A stretch of 64,000 nt of DNA, taken from Bacteroidales bacterium. Its GTDB lineage: Bacteria; Bacteroidota; Bacteroidia; Bacteroidales; GCA-2748055. The DNA is taken from NCBI GenBank assembly GCA_046485075.1, contig JAWOHR010000150.1, positions 21,918-85,917 of the forward strand. Direction: 5' to 3'. Shown piece by piece: positions 1 through 10,965 of this stretch; the first letter of the stretch is position 1; each line of letters starts with the position of its first letter. A program made the translations under genes and the position numbers. The notes below the pieces were generated by a model. That model made no database searches and was not told where the DNA came from. It saw nothing but the letters and a program-made list of their open reading frames with translations.

Positions 1-18
1 CCGTTCTATTTTTAGGCC

Positions 19-1419
19 ATGAAAAGGAGATTATTGACCATAGGAGCCCTGATTATTTTGCTGACATCATTATCGGCACAGGAGTACTACAAGGTCACCA
101 AGCAGGCCCGTATCTCCACCGGGCTGGCTGAGGCTGCAGCTGTACCCTATGAGGATGGCGTGGTATACATTACCGAATCTACCAGTGTGGGTGCCAGCAG
201 TCCCACCGATGGCCAGGGCCGAAGGCTTTTTACCATGTTCTGGTACCAGCCGGGCACCGGGCAGAAGAGACCGTTCGTCGATGCACTGGTTACACAGATG
301 CACGAGGGACCGGTCTCATTCACCGGTGATTTCAAAACCATGGTCTTTGCGCAGCAGAGGCCCTCTGCCGATAACCGGGATTTTGATCCGCTGGGGCTCT
401 ATTTTTCTGAAAATGTAGATGGAAACTGGGTGAATATAAGACCATACGAATATAACGATCCCCAGTCCTGGCTTTTCTCTCCTGCATTAAGTGGAGATGG
501 CCACACCCTCTTTTTTTCAGCCAACTTCCCGGGTGGTGAAGGCGGATTTGACCTTTACGTTTCGCACCTTAACGGTGAACATTGGAGCAAACCCGAAAAC
601 CTGGGCCCAGGCGTAAACTCACCGGGGAATGAGATCTATCCATCCTTTCATGAATCGGGCAGACTGGTATTTTCCTCGAATGGGCATGACAACGATAAGG
701 CCGGGTATGACCTGTTCGAAACCATAAACACCCATGGGAAGTGGATCGCAGCCATCAAACTTCTGCCACCATTTAATTCCCTCTCCAACGATTATCATGC
801 CTGGTTCAATGCCGATATGAAAAGCGGGTACCTCACCAGCGATCGCCTGGGCGGATCCAAAGATATTTTTGAATTTGCAACCGATATTCCGGTATTTGAA
901 TCGGTTGCACCCATCAAAAAGACCTTCTACAAATACAGGATCTATGACCGGAAACTGGATACGGTGGATACAAACCTCTTCAACTATTCCTGGACCATCA
1001 ACGATACATTAACCATCCCCGGCCACGACATTATCTATAAGTTTCCCGGACCGGGCACCTATGTATGCAAACTGAATGTTTATGATATTCAGCTGGATAC
1101 CCTTGTGGAGGGGCAGACTGTGAAGAACCTGGACATCGAGCTCAATGAACAGGCTGTGATCGTTTGCCCTGACACGATCCGGGCGGGAACGGTTGTAAAT
1201 TTTGACGGAAGCCAATCCTATCTGCCCGGGTTTGATGTGGGCCGGTATGTATGGGATTTTGGAGATGGAAGGTTCGGACAGGGCATTTCTGTTCCGCACA
1301 CGTACAACTATCCGGGAAAATTCAAAGTCATACTTGGAGTGGAGGAACGAAAGCAGGGCAGGAGGCATGAGCCCCAGGTACGTGCCAATTTCAAGGAGGT
1401 GGTGGTAACCTCTGAATAG
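19..1419 (+). CDS. Secreted PD40 (TolB-like beta-propeller repeat) protein with C-terminal PKD domain
   Basis: 466-aa ORF. N-terminal signal peptide MKRRLLTIGALIILLTSLSAQ. PD40-like blades (LFFSANFPGGEGGFDLYVS, EIYPSFHESGRLVFSSN). C-terminal PKD-like FDGSQSY...YVWDFGDG. Confidence 0.6.
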   Translation: MKRRLLTIGALIILLTSLSAQEYYKVTKQARISTGLAEAAAVPYEDGVVYITESTSVGASSPTDGQGRRLFTMFWYQPGTGQKRPFVDALVTQMHEGPVSFTGDFKTMVFAQQRPSADNRDFDPLGLYFSENVDGNWVNIRPYEYNDPQSWLFSPALSGDGHTLFFSANFPGGEGGFDLYVSHLNGEHWSKPENLGPGVNSPGNEIYPSFHESGRLVFSSNGHDNDKAGYDLFETINTHGKWIAAIKLLPPFNSLSNDYHAWFNADMKSGYLTSDRLGGSKDIFEFATDIPVFESVAPIKKTFYKYRIYDRKLDTVDTNLFNYSWTINDTLTIPGHDIIYKFPGPGTYVCKLNVYDIQLDTLVEGQTVKNLDIELNEQAVIVCPDTIRAGTVVNFDGSQSYLPGFDVGRYVWDFGDGRFGQGISVPHTYNYPGKFKVILGVEERKQGRRHEPQVRANFKEVVVTSE

Positions 1420-1522
1420 TTTCATTTCTCACATTTACAGTTAGTTACACGTTCGTTTATAACTCGTGTTTTTTTTTGCACGAATTTTGTATACTTTTAG
1501 TCCTAATAGAAAAAAGGAACAA

Positions 1523-2485
1523 ATGATCAGACAAATATATATAGTTATCTTATTGACAGTTAGCGTCTTAGGATTTTCTCAGCCGGTACCCAACGTGGAG
1601 GAGAACATTCCTTACCTGATGACCTTCGGACCCTCAGCAGAAACCAGCTGGGGCGATGATGATTTCTCCCAGGCTTTTTTCTTCCTTATACCCGAGGAGT
1701 ACACCCAACCCTTTTTCATCCGGGTATTTGATCCCGATACGGGAGGCGAGATTGATGAAATAGCCGGTGTTTTTAACACCAGGCAGGTGTATGAAGTCTA
1801 TGGCGGGGAGACCGCCTGGTCTGAACCCTTTGCGCGTGAGACTTCTCCCATAGGAAACTACAAGAGCGGGACCCTGCTGGCTTCACGTGCTTTTGCTGAG
1901 AATCCCAGGTATGATAACAGCTGGTACACCTTTGGGCCCTTTAACCCGGTTCAGGGTGAATATGTGGAGCAGTATCACGGCCGGGTATTCAAGATTATTT
2001 GCGAAGGAGTCGAGGGTGATGACGGAAATATGTATCGTTATTTCCTGAGCACCAATGCCGAGGAGAACAGACCCATTGAGGGAGCCAATGCTTTTGCATA
2101 CGAATACTCGTTCAGGATGCATAACACCACCCAGGAGGTTGCTCATATCTATCCATACGTGGAGGTGGGTACCAAATCTGTAAAAGTGTCCAATTTCGAC
2201 TGGGATAATGACGGGAGTATCGTGGTGATCTCAGTGGCCAGGCAGGGTCAGGAGGTGAATATATCGAAAGAGGACAACTGGGCTTTCGATGATCTTGTGG
2301 TTCAGCCTGAGGAGATCGGGACCTCTTATGATTTTCGTTTTGTGAAAGCAGTACCGCTGGTGAAAAATAATAATGTGGTTGTAAATGTTCGCAACCAGTT
2401 TGACGAAGCGTTGCCGTTCTACACCATCCCCATCGGCGGTGTTCCCAAGTACAGGGGTGAGGTGGAGTTTGAACCCATAGAATAG
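1523..2485 (+). CDS. Secreted hypothetical protein
   Basis: ORF 1466..2485. Internal ATG at 1523 gives a signal peptide (MIRQIYIVILLTVSVLGFSQ). No family recognised. Sits directly upstream of the sensor-phosphatase gene. Confidence 0.5.
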   Translation: MIRQIYIVILLTVSVLGFSQPVPNVEENIPYLMTFGPSAETSWGDDDFSQAFFFLIPEEYTQPFFIRVFDPDTGGEIDEIAGVFNTRQVYEVYGGETAWSEPFARETSPIGNYKSGTLLASRAFAENPRYDNSWYTFGPFNPVQGEYVEQYHGRVFKIICEGVEGDDGNMYRYFLSTNAEENRPIEGANAFAYEYSFRMHNTTQEVAHIYPYVEVGTKSVKVSNFDWDNDGSIVVISVARQGQEVNISKEDNWAFDDLVVQPEEIGTSYDFRFVKAVPLVKNNNVVVNVRNQFDEALPFYTIPIGGVPKYRGEVEFEPIE

Positions 2486-2504
2486 TATAAAATCATTTGC
2501 TCGC

Positions 2505-5500
2505 GTGAAAAGGTTACCGCTCCTGTTTACCCTGATGCTGATCTCTTTTGGAGGGTCAGCCCAGACCTATCAGTTTTTCAATTTTGGTTTAGCCGAGGGA
2601 CTGTGCGACAAATTTGCCTATACCATAAACCAGGATCCCGACGGATTCCTGTGGGTAGGTACCGGCCAGGGCCTTTGCCGGTTCGACGGCAAAGTATTTG
2701 ACCAGGAGTTTCAGGGAGATTCGGTTCCCTCCAGCATTGCTTTTTGCAGCCTGCTCGACTCCAGGGGAAGGTTATGGTTCGGCCACGACAATGGAATGAT
2801 TTCCATGCTGGAAGAGGGACGTTTCAGGCAAATCACACCTTTGGAGGGTCCGCGTTCATCCATACATGCCATCCGGGAAGATGCAGGCGGAAACATCATT
2901 GCGCTTCTGCAGCAGAGTGGCCTGATGATTATTTCTCCCAATCTTGAGGTTCGCTATGTGGGCGGAGTTCCGGGAGACCAGAACAATCCCTTTGCAGGCA
3001 AGTTTCTCAATAATTTTCAGATCACCCCCGAGGGTGTCTTGTTGGTGGGATCAAACGACGGGCTGAGCATCTTCCGCTTTGATGAATCGCTGGATACCTA
3101 TGTTCATACAGGAGATATCGCCGAACTGCGTTACATGGTGGTTCAGGAGATCGTGCCTGCCATCCATCCGGGTGAATTCTGGGTAGGTACAGAAGATGAA
3201 GGGATCTACTCAATCATAGGAAGCGGGTATGACCCCTTGCAGTTTGAAGTCCACAAGATCGGTGAGCAGGCGGGACTGGGATATGCCCGTGTTACATCGA
3301 TCCGGTTTGATGGCAGGCGAAGGGTCTGGATAACCGACTATGGCAAAGGGATTCACCGGATTGAGCTTGACGAAAATGGTGAGATTGGAAACTCCGTTCT
3401 TTTCAGCCAGGAGAACGGCATTCCGGATGAGTACATCAACCAGGTTTTTATCGATGAGGAGGGTAACCAGTGGTTTTCCTCCCAGGGGAACGGAATTGCC
3501 GTATTACGCGACCAGGCATTCACTTTTATTGATATCTGGGATGATGTGCAGTTCCCCGGGGTGAGTGCCATATGTAACAGGGGGACCGATTACTGGTTCG
3601 GAGGCAATTCCAGGCTTGCTTATTACTCAGAGGTGTCTGGGCGATATTCCTTCATGGGAACTGGCGACGGATTACCGGCAGACGATATCACCGCTCTATA
3701 CCTTGATTCAGGTAATGATCTCTATATCGGAACCAGGGAGAGTGGCCTGTATATGAAGGAGGATGGGAGCCTTCGGATCCGTCCCCTGCTTGTTTCAGGG
3801 AATTCACTGGACAATATCGTAAACGCCATTGACGGGAACGGGGATAGTATCTTCGTGGCCACCAATAATGGAGTCTACACTTACAATCCGGCCAACGGAC
3901 ATCGCACCTACTTTTCAACCACCAATGGTCTCCCCCATAACAAAGTGAATGATATCCTGGTAGATCGCGAGGGTATTGCATGGGTGGCAACGCTCACCAG
4001 CGGCTTGTTTGGGATCAGGCCCAATCAGGAGATAGAGGAGGTAATTATAGAAGGAAAACCCAAGCTTGAGTTCATCTCTCTTGCGGAGGATAAGAACGGG
4101 GCTATATGGGCAGGTACCTATGGAGATGGTGTCTTTATGTTTGCAGATGACACCCTGTCGTGGTTCAACGCAGAAACAGGCCTGAAAAATGAATATATCT
4201 ATTCGATCGGTCTCGATCCCAGGGGTTATGTATGGATCGGTCACAGGGAGGGATTTAGCCGCATCGATCCTCAACGAGATATAATCCGAACCTTTGGGAA
4301 AGAGGCAGGTTTTACATCCGACATATCACGCAATGCATCCATCAGCACTCCATCCGGAGGCCTGCTGTTTGGTTCCACCCTTGGTGTGATCAGGTATGAT
4401 GCCTTTCAGGCGAAAGAGGATACCGTCCCGCCAAGATTAAGTCTTAAATCGGTGGTTATCTCAGACATACCCTATGATCCCACCCAGCCCATAAAGCTTA
4501 AGTATGACAGGTATCGTATCCGGATCGATTTTGTGGGAATCAACCTGAGTAATCCCGAGCAGGTTACCTACCAGTATAAACTTGAGGGCTATGAAGATGA
4601 GTGGTCCGATGTTTCCGGGGTACCCTACGCCTTTTACGGAAGGGTGGAGGATGGGAATTACCAATTCCTCCTCAGGGCGTGCGACAGCAACGGGAATTGT
4701 ACAATGGAGCCCATCAGTCTCGAGATCATTGTTAAAATACCCATCTGGAAAGCCTGGTGGTTTATCACCACTGCCATTTTACTGGTTCTGGCCACCATCT
4801 TTATTATTTTCAAAATAAGGGAGAGAAACCAGAAGGCGATTCAGGAATATCTTCAGCGCCAGTTGGATGAACGTACCAGGGAGGTGATTATGCAGAAGGA
4901 GGAGATCGAGGTGAAAAACCGGGATATTACCGACTCCATTAACTATGCCCAGCGGATTCAGGCCAGCATCCTGCCACCTATCAAAAAACTCCATGATGCA
5001 TTTTCGGGCAGCTTCGTTTTTTACCAGCCCAGGGATATTGTGAGCGGGGACTTTTACTGGTATGAGAGGGTAGCAGAGGACCGGTTTATGGTGGTTTGCG
5101 CCGACTCCACCGGGCATGGGGTGCCGGGAGCCTTTATGTCCATGATCGGTACCACATTGATCAAAGATATTTGTCTCAGGGCCGGTATCCAGAAACCTTC
5201 ACAGGTACTCACTACCCTTGATAATGAGGTGCGGGAGTCCCTTAATCAGAATAAGGAGGCCAGCGGTTCCAATGACGGAATGGATATTATTGTGGCCGAG
5301 ATAGATACGAAAAGTTATAAACTGACGGTGAGTTCGGCCATGCGACCTGTGATTGTTTACGCTGGAGATGAGCAGATCTATATCAAAGGGAGTCGCAGCT
5401 CCATTGGAGGTCAAATGGACGAGGACCGGTCGGAGAAAGATTTCATAGACCAGGTGTTCCAGCTTAAGAAGGGAGATATTATATACATGTTTTCGGATGG

Positions 5501-5687
5501 TTATCCCGATCAGTTTGGCGGACCGCTGGGCAGAAAATTCAAGATGGTGAGACTCAAGAACCTGTTGAGGGATATCCATGAAAAGCCCATGGAGGAGCAG
5601 TATAACTATATCAAAAGCAACTTTTTCCTCTGGAAGGAGGATCTTGAACAGGTGGATGATGTACTCTTTATGGGGATCAAGTTGTAG
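2505..5687 (+). CDS. Hybrid sensor: periplasmic two-component-regulator propeller repeats + Y_Y_Y domain, one TM helix, cytoplasmic PP2C/SpoIIE serine phosphatase
   Basis: 1060 aa with GTG start and signal peptide. Repeated propeller motifs (GFLWVGTGQGL, LWFGHDNG, IWAGTYGDGV). Y_Y_Y motif YQYKLEGYEDEWSDV. TM helix WWFITTAILLVLATIFIIF. PP2C/SpoIIE motifs SGDFYWYE, CADSTGHGVPGAFMS, FSDGYPDQFGG. Confidence 0.8.
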   Translation: MKRLPLLFTLMLISFGGSAQTYQFFNFGLAEGLCDKFAYTINQDPDGFLWVGTGQGLCRFDGKVFDQEFQGDSVPSSIAFCSLLDSRGRLWFGHDNGMISMLEEGRFRQITPLEGPRSSIHAIREDAGGNIIALLQQSGLMIISPNLEVRYVGGVPGDQNNPFAGKFLNNFQITPEGVLLVGSNDGLSIFRFDESLDTYVHTGDIAELRYMVVQEIVPAIHPGEFWVGTEDEGIYSIIGSGYDPLQFEVHKIGEQAGLGYARVTSIRFDGRRRVWITDYGKGIHRIELDENGEIGNSVLFSQENGIPDEYINQVFIDEEGNQWFSSQGNGIAVLRDQAFTFIDIWDDVQFPGVSAICNRGTDYWFGGNSRLAYYSEVSGRYSFMGTGDGLPADDITALYLDSGNDLYIGTRESGLYMKEDGSLRIRPLLVSGNSLDNIVNAIDGNGDSIFVATNNGVYTYNPANGHRTYFSTTNGLPHNKVNDILVDREGIAWVATLTSGLFGIRPNQEIEEVIIEGKPKLEFISLAEDKNGAIWAGTYGDGVFMFADDTLSWFNAETGLKNEYIYSIGLDPRGYVWIGHREGFSRIDPQRDIIRTFGKEAGFTSDISRNASISTPSGGLLFGSTLGVIRYDAFQAKEDTVPPRLSLKSVVISDIPYDPTQPIKLKYDRYRIRIDFVGINLSNPEQVTYQYKLEGYEDEWSDVSGVPYAFYGRVEDGNYQFLLRACDSNGNCTMEPISLEIIVKIPIWKAWWFITTAILLVLATIFIIFKIRERNQKAIQEYLQRQLDERTREVIMQKEEIEVKNRDITDSINYAQRIQASILPPIKKLHDAFSGSFVFYQPRDIVSGDFYWYERVAEDRFMVVCADSTGHGVPGAFMSMIGTTLIKDICLRAGIQKPSQVLTTLDNEVRESLNQNKEASGSNDGMDIIVAEIDTKSYKLTVSSAMRPVIVYAGDEQIYIKGSRSSIGGQMDEDRSEKDFIDQVFQLKKGDIIYMFSDGYPDQFGGPLGRKFKMVRLKNLLRDIHEKPMEEQYNYIKSNFFLWKEDLEQVDDVLFMGIKL

Positions 5688-5702
5688 GCAGGGGAGCCAT
5701 TC

Positions 5703-6221
5703 CTAATACTGATCCAGGTCAATTCCGCTTAATACAATCACATCGGTGGTGTCTGTATTACTCCTGTTAAAACTCCTGTCCATGATATAGAAGGTATAGA
5801 AAATGGTATCGTGGACGATAACCGGGTATGAAATATCAAGATCCATGGTGCCCTTCGTTGGATGTTTATTCAAATAGGGAATCCTGTATTTCAGAATCCC
5901 GCCTTTCGATTCGGGTATCTTTACAAACTCATATCCCTCGAGGTCATATAACTGCAGGAAGAAATTGTACTTTAAGCTGTCTGGAAGGAGCGGATTTGAG
6001 TTTTCCTCAAACGGTTGCAATCCCAGGTTTCCGTCCCCATCGGTAAAATCGAAGGTAATCCTGCCAATCACCACTTTATTGCCAAGTTCATCCTCGGAAA
6101 TATAGATTCCAAATCCCTGGTAGTCCACCACCGGTTCGTCGGGGTAAACCTCAGTGACCTCATTGCAGGAGACCAGCAGCATCAACCCCATCCAAAAGGC
6201 AAAGTGTGCAAGTTTCATCAT
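5703..6221 (-). CDS. Hypothetical lipoprotein
   Basis: 172 aa. Lipobox-type signal MMKLAHFAFWMGLMLLVSC. No recognised family. Confidence 0.5.
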   Translation of the reverse strand: MMKLAHFAFWMGLMLLVSCNEVTEVYPDEPVVDYQGFGIYISEDELGNKVVIGRITFDFTDGDGNLGLQPFEENSNPLLPDSLKYNFFLQLYDLEGYEFVKIPESKGGILKYRIPYLNKHPTKGTMDLDISYPVIVHDTIFYTFYIMDRSFNRSNTDTTDVIVLSGIDLDQY

Positions 6222-6245
6222 ACTCTTTAACTACAAAAATCCTGC

Positions 6246-7553
6246 CTATTTTTTCCGCATGAATATTTTTATAGGAACACCCGTGAAAGAAAAATGTTCC
6301 CTGATCTTATTTTCAAGGTATCGCTTGTAGGACTCGCGTACATATTGAGGGAGGTTGCAGTAAAATGCGAAAGAGGGGGCGTGGGTGGGAAGCTGGGTCA
6401 CATATTTTATTTGAATAAATTTTCCTTTTACCGATGGGGGATGATTTACTTCAATGGCTTCCTGCATCACCTCGTTAAGCCTGGAGGTGGGAATTCGTTG
6501 TATTCGATTCTCATATACCTGAACGGCCACTTCCAACGCCTTATGGATTCTCTGTTTGGTGAGCGCCGATACAAACAGAATGGGTACATCATCGAAGGGT
6601 TCCAGCCGAAGCTTGATCTGTTTTTCAAACTCCTTCATGGTTTGGGTCTCCTTCTCCACCAGGTCCCATTTGTTCACCAGTAAAACCACACCTTTCCAGT
6701 TTCTTTCGATCAGGCGAAAGACATTCACATCCTGTGCCTCGATCCCGATGGTAGCATCGATCATCAGGAGGCACACATCCGAATTTTCAATAGCCCTTAC
6801 CGACCGCATCACCGAGTAAAATTCCAGGTCCTCTTTCACCTTGCTCTTTTTTCTCAGACCGGCGGTATCCACCAGGATAAAGTCATGGTTGAATTTGGTA
6901 TACCTGGTATGGATGGAGTCCCTGGTGGTTCCGGAAATGGGAGTTACAATGTTTCTCTCTTCTCCCACCAGAGCATTCACAAATGAGGATTTCCCAACAT
7001 TGGGACGCCCCACCACAGCAATTTTAGGAATCTCTTCCTCCACAACCTCCTCTTTCTTGTCCCCGAAGAGCGAAGTGAGGTGGTCGAGTAACTCACCTGT
7101 TCCACTTCCGTTAATGGAAGAGAGGGGGTAGTAATCTCCAAGTCCCAGACCGTAAAAAGTGGTGGCTTCAAAGAGCCGCTGGGAGTTATCCACCTTATTG
7201 ACCACCAGGACCACCGGTTTTTTGATTTTTCTCAGCATCTCCGCAACGGTCGCATCCAGGTCTGTGATGCCGGAAATTACATCTACCAGGAAGACCACTA
7301 CATCGGCCTCATCGATGGCCAGAATCACCTGTTTACGGATCTCTTCCTCAAACACGTCATCGGAGTTGACTACATATCCGCCGGTGTCGATGATGCTGAA
7401 TTCGTGGCCATTCCAGATTACCTTCCCATAGTGACGATCACGGGTTACACCGCTCTCCTCGTCCACGATCGCCTGCCTGGATTCCGTGAGACGATTGAAA
7501 AAGGTTGATTTACCTACGTTTGGTCTTCCGACAATGGCCACTATTTTCCCCAT
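6246..7553 (-). CDS. der: Ribosome-biogenesis GTPase Der (EngA), tandem G domains + KH-like C-terminus
   Basis: Two P-loops ([14 protein letters not shown] and [14 protein letters not shown]), DTGG/DTAG and NKVD/NKWD motifs. Start set at the second ATG (MGKIVAIVG). Confidence 0.95.
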   Translation of the reverse strand: MGKIVAIVGRPNVGKSTFFNRLTESRQAIVDEESGVTRDRHYGKVIWNGHEFSIIDTGGYVVNSDDVFEEEIRKQVILAIDEADVVVFLVDVISGITDLDATVAEMLRKIKKPVVLVVNKVDNSQRLFEATTFYGLGLGDYYPLSSINGSGTGELLDHLTSLFGDKKEEVVEEEIPKIAVVGRPNVGKSSFVNALVGEERNIVTPISGTTRDSIHTRYTKFNHDFILVDTAGLRKKSKVKEDLEFYSVMRSVRAIENSDVCLLMIDATIGIEAQDVNVFRLIERNWKGVVLLVNKWDLVEKETQTMKEFEKQIKLRLEPFDDVPILFVSALTKQRIHKALEVAVQVYENRIQRIPTSRLNEVMQEAIEVNHPPSVKGKFIQIKYVTQLPTHAPSFAFYCNLPQYVRESYKRYLENKIREHFSFTGVPIKIFMRKK

Positions 7554-7565
7554 ATGCAAATTGAT

Positions 7566-8444
7566 TTAGAGGTATCCGAATTTCCTGATCTGTTTCTCGT
7601 TGTTTCGCCAATCCTTATTCACTTTGACCTTCATCTCCAGGAAAACCTTCTTATTAAAAAAAGCTTCCATATCAAGTCGTGAATCCCGGCCTACCCTTTT
7701 CAGGGCTTTGCCACCGTTCCCGATCAGGATGCCCTTCTGACTCTCTCTCTCCACATAAATGACCGCATAAATCCTGATCAGATTTGCCTCCTCTTTGAAG
7801 GATTCAATCTCAACCTCCACAGCATAGGGGATCTCCTGTTTATACTGAAGCAGGATTTTTTCCCTGATCATTTCGCCGGTGAGGAATCTTTCGGATTTAT
7901 CAGTGAGTGCATCTTTGGGGTAGTAGGGAGGCGATTCGGGAAGGTAGTGGAGAATCCGGCGGAAAACCAGGTCAACATTGAATTTCACCAGGGCACTGAT
8001 GGGTATCTTTTCCGCTTTGGGGAGGATCCCATCCCACATCTCCATGGCTTCGGTAACCTGTTCCTGGTTACTAAGATCGATTTTATTGATGACCAGAAGA
8101 ACCGGTGTTTTGAACTTCACCAGTTTTCTCAGGAAAGTCTCCTCAGGATCCGGTTTCTCACCGATCTCGGTCATGTAAACAATTACATCGGCATCCACAA
8201 GGGCCGACCGGGCAGCCTTGAGCATGGCTTCCTGCAGTTTGTAGTTGGGCTCCAGAATTCCGGGTGTGTCAGAAAAGATAACCTGGTAATTTGGATCATT
8301 CACAATCCCAAGGATCCGGTGACGTGTAGTCTGGGCCTTGGCAGTGATAATGGAGAGTTTTTCACCTACCATGGCATTCATCAGCGTGGATTTCCCAACA
8401 TTGGGTTTTCCGAGGATGTTTACATATCCTGCTTTGTGCTCCAT
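7566..8444 (-). CDS. era: GTPase Era
   Basis: 292 aa. GKPNVGKSTLMN P-loop, DTPG, NKID, C-terminal KH domain. Adjacent to der on the same strand. Confidence 0.95.
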   Translation of the reverse strand: MEHKAGYVNILGKPNVGKSTLMNAMVGEKLSIITAKAQTTRHRILGIVNDPNYQVIFSDTPGILEPNYKLQEAMLKAARSALVDADVIVYMTEIGEKPDPEETFLRKLVKFKTPVLLVINKIDLSNQEQVTEAMEMWDGILPKAEKIPISALVKFNVDLVFRRILHYLPESPPYYPKDALTDKSERFLTGEMIREKILLQYKQEIPYAVEVEIESFKEEANLIRIYAVIYVERESQKGILIGNGGKALKRVGRDSRLDMEAFFNKKVFLEMKVKVNKDWRNNEKQIRKFGYL

Positions 8445-8448
8445 GGAC

Positions 8449-9420
8449 CTATTCGTATGCGTTCATTTTTAAGCGACTCACCTCCTGATCGGTAAGGAAA
8501 CGCCATTTGCCCCTGGGCAGGTTCTTTTTTGTAAGACCTGCAAAGTAGACCCGGTCGAGGCGGGTCACGCGGTATTCCAGGTGTTCAAACATCCTCCTTA
8601 CAACCCGGTTGCGACCCGAATGGATCTCAAGTCCGACCTCCTTTTTGCTGTCGGCAGTCACATAGCTGATCCCATCGGCCTGAATAAATCCATCTTCAAG
8701 GGTTACCCCTTCGGATAGTTGCTTCATATGGGCAGCAGTGATCCCTTTGTCCAGGTAAACATGGTAAATCTTCTTCTTGTTATAGCCTGGATGGGTTAAT
8801 TTCTTAGCGAGTTCACCATCGTTGGTAAAAAGCAGCACCCCGGTGGTTTGCCGGTCGAGCCGTCCGACCGGGTAGATCCTTTCGGGACATGCCCCCTCCA
8901 CCAGCATCATCACGGTTTTTCTTTCCCTGGGATCGTCGGTGGTAGTAACATAATCTTTTGGTTTATTCAAAAGCAGGTATACTTTCCGCTCGGTTTGCAT
9001 CCGTTTCCCGTTGTAACGCACATCATCACCAGGAGATATCTTTGTCCCCAACTCGGTGATACTCTTGCCGTTCACGGTGATGACCCCAGCCGAGATCAAC
9101 TGGTCAGCCTCCCGCCTGGAACAGATCCCCGATGAGGCAATGAATTTATTGAGCCTGATGGAGTCATCTCCTGCAGCCTTAACAGGTTTTCCACCCTTTT
9201 TGGGGCTCTCTTTGGAAAAGCTGCCGCCTTTGCCCTCTTTTGAGAAGCTGCCCTTTTTGGAAAAGCTTCTGCCCTTTGGGGAAGTTCCGGGTCCTTTGGA
9301 TGGGTCCTCCTTTAAATCACCGCTCTGCCTGCTCTTGCCAAATGTGACGGATTCGTGTCGCATTTTCCCTTCCTGCCTGCTTTTACTGAACTTGTTTTTA
9401 TCTGGTCCGGTTTTGTCCAA
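8449..9420 (-). CDS. rluB: RsuA/RluB-family 23S rRNA pseudouridine synthase with S4 domain and Lys/Gly/Ser-rich N-terminal tail
   Basis: S4 domain (IRLNKFIASSGICSRREADQLI) and catalytic VGRLDRQTTGVLLFTNDG motif. ~85-aa basic low-complexity N-terminus with GSFSKE-like repeats. Confidence 0.85.
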   Translation of the reverse strand: MDKTGPDKNKFSKSRQEGKMRHESVTFGKSRQSGDLKEDPSKGPGTSPKGRSFSKKGSFSKEGKGGSFSKESPKKGGKPVKAAGDDSIRLNKFIASSGICSRREADQLISAGVITVNGKSITELGTKISPGDDVRYNGKRMQTERKVYLLLNKPKDYVTTTDDPRERKTVMMLVEGACPERIYPVGRLDRQTTGVLLFTNDGELAKKLTHPGYNKKKIYHVYLDKGITAAHMKQLSEGVTLEDGFIQADGISYVTADSKKEVGLEIHSGRNRVVRRMFEHLEYRVTRLDRVYFAGLTKKNLPRGKWRFLTDQEVSRLKMNAYE

Positions 9421-9549
9421 TTCCCTGATTATTAGTTGTTGTTAAAAGCTACAAAGATACAGCTAATTGGGAAACATTGTTGACATAATAGTTTTAACTT
9501 TAGGGTCGTTTTAAAAAATGGATTTCTTACATATTTAATTATTAGGGAA

Positions 9550-10953
9550 ATGAGTCTGGTTATTTCAATTTCGGGAATCAGAGGTACCATTGGGGGTCGC
9601 CCCGGTGAAGGTTTAACTCCAATGGATACCGTTCGTTTTGCCTCCTCCTACGGTGCCTGGCTGAGGGAGCAAACCGGGAAAGAGCGTCCGCTTGTTGTCA
9701 TGGGCCGGGATGCCCGCATATCCGGCCCCCTGGTCGAGCAGCTTGTGGCTGCAACTCTTTCCTTCATGGGGATCGATGTGTTGAACGCAGGACTTGCTAC
9801 CACGCCGACCGTTGAGCTGGCGGTTACCCGGGCCAAGGCCGATGGTGGAATCATCCTTACAGCCAGTCACAATCCGGCCCAGTGGAATGCGCTGAAACTG
9901 CTCAATGGAAAGGGTGAGTTTCTCTCAGCAAAGGAGGGTGAATCCATTCTGAGGAGAGCCCTTGAAGACGATTTTAATTACGCAGAGATAAATAATCTGG
10001 GGTCGGTTAAACCTTTGGAAGGAATAGATATCCAACATATCAATGAAGTAGTAGGGTTGAAGCTGGTGGATGTTGAAAAGATCAAAGCAAAAAAGTTCCG
10101 TGTGGCCATCGATTGTGTAAATTCTGTAGGGGGAATCATCCTGCCAGAGCTGCTGAAAGCTTTGGGGGTGGATGATATTGTGGAACTCTACTGTGAACCC
10201 CATGGCAGATTTCCTCACAATCCCGAGCCCCTTCCTGAGAATCTCACGGAAATTTCTGCCGTGATGATCAGGGAGGGTGCCGATGTGGGTTTCGTTGTGG
10301 ATCCCGATGTCGACCGGCTGGCCATAGTTTGTGAAGACGGTTCCATGTTTGGCGAAGAATACACACTGGTGGCTGTGGCTGATTATGTGTTGCAACACAC
10401 ACCGGGAAACACTGCATCGAATCTTTCATCCACCAGGGCACTCAGGGACGTAACAGAAGGATATGGATATACCTATGTACCTTCCGCAGTGGGAGAAGTG
10501 AATGTGGTGGAGGCGATGAAGGCAAATCATTGTGTCATCGGGGGTGAAGGTAACGGTGGGGTTATTTATCCCGGGCTTCATTATGGCCGGGATGCCCTGG
10601 TTGGGATTGCACTGTTCCTCACTCACCTTGCGGAAAGCGGACTTTCCTGCAGTCACCTGAGGCAGAAATATCCCGATTATACCATCTCAAAAAACAAAAT
10701 GGTACTTCCCGACGGAACCGATCCCGACCGCGTACTGGCTGCCTTTAAGAAGGAGTATGCCCATCACCAGGTAAACACGGTGGATGGTGTAAAGGTGGAT
10801 ATGCCCGAGGGGTGGGTACACCTGCGCAAATCCAATACGGAACCCATCATCAGATTGTATGCCGAGGCTCAAAGCAGTCAGGAGGCTGACAGACTGGCCG
10901 GTGAGGCAATGGAGACCATACGCAGATTGTTGAATGAAAAAGAATCAAAGTAA
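9550..10953 (+). CDS. glmM: Phosphoglucosamine mutase / alpha-D-phosphohexomutase
   Basis: 467 aa. Active-site loop TASHNPAQWNALK and metal loop VDPDVDRLA. Four-domain phosphohexomutase length. Confidence 0.8.
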   Translation: MSLVISISGIRGTIGGRPGEGLTPMDTVRFASSYGAWLREQTGKERPLVVMGRDARISGPLVEQLVAATLSFMGIDVLNAGLATTPTVELAVTRAKADGGIILTASHNPAQWNALKLLNGKGEFLSAKEGESILRRALEDDFNYAEINNLGSVKPLEGIDIQHINEVVGLKLVDVEKIKAKKFRVAIDCVNSVGGIILPELLKALGVDDIVELYCEPHGRFPHNPEPLPENLTEISAVMIREGADVGFVVDPDVDRLAIVCEDGSMFGEEYTLVAVADYVLQHTPGNTASNLSSTRALRDVTEGYGYTYVPSAVGEVNVVEAMKANHCVIGGEGNGGVIYPGLHYGRDALVGIALFLTHLAESGLSCSHLRQKYPDYTISKNKMVLPDGTDPDRVLAAFKKEYAHHQVNTVDGVKVDMPEGWVHLRKSNTEPIIRLYAEAQSSQEADRLAGEAMETIRRLLNEKESK

Positions 10954-10965
10954 GTATTAAACATC

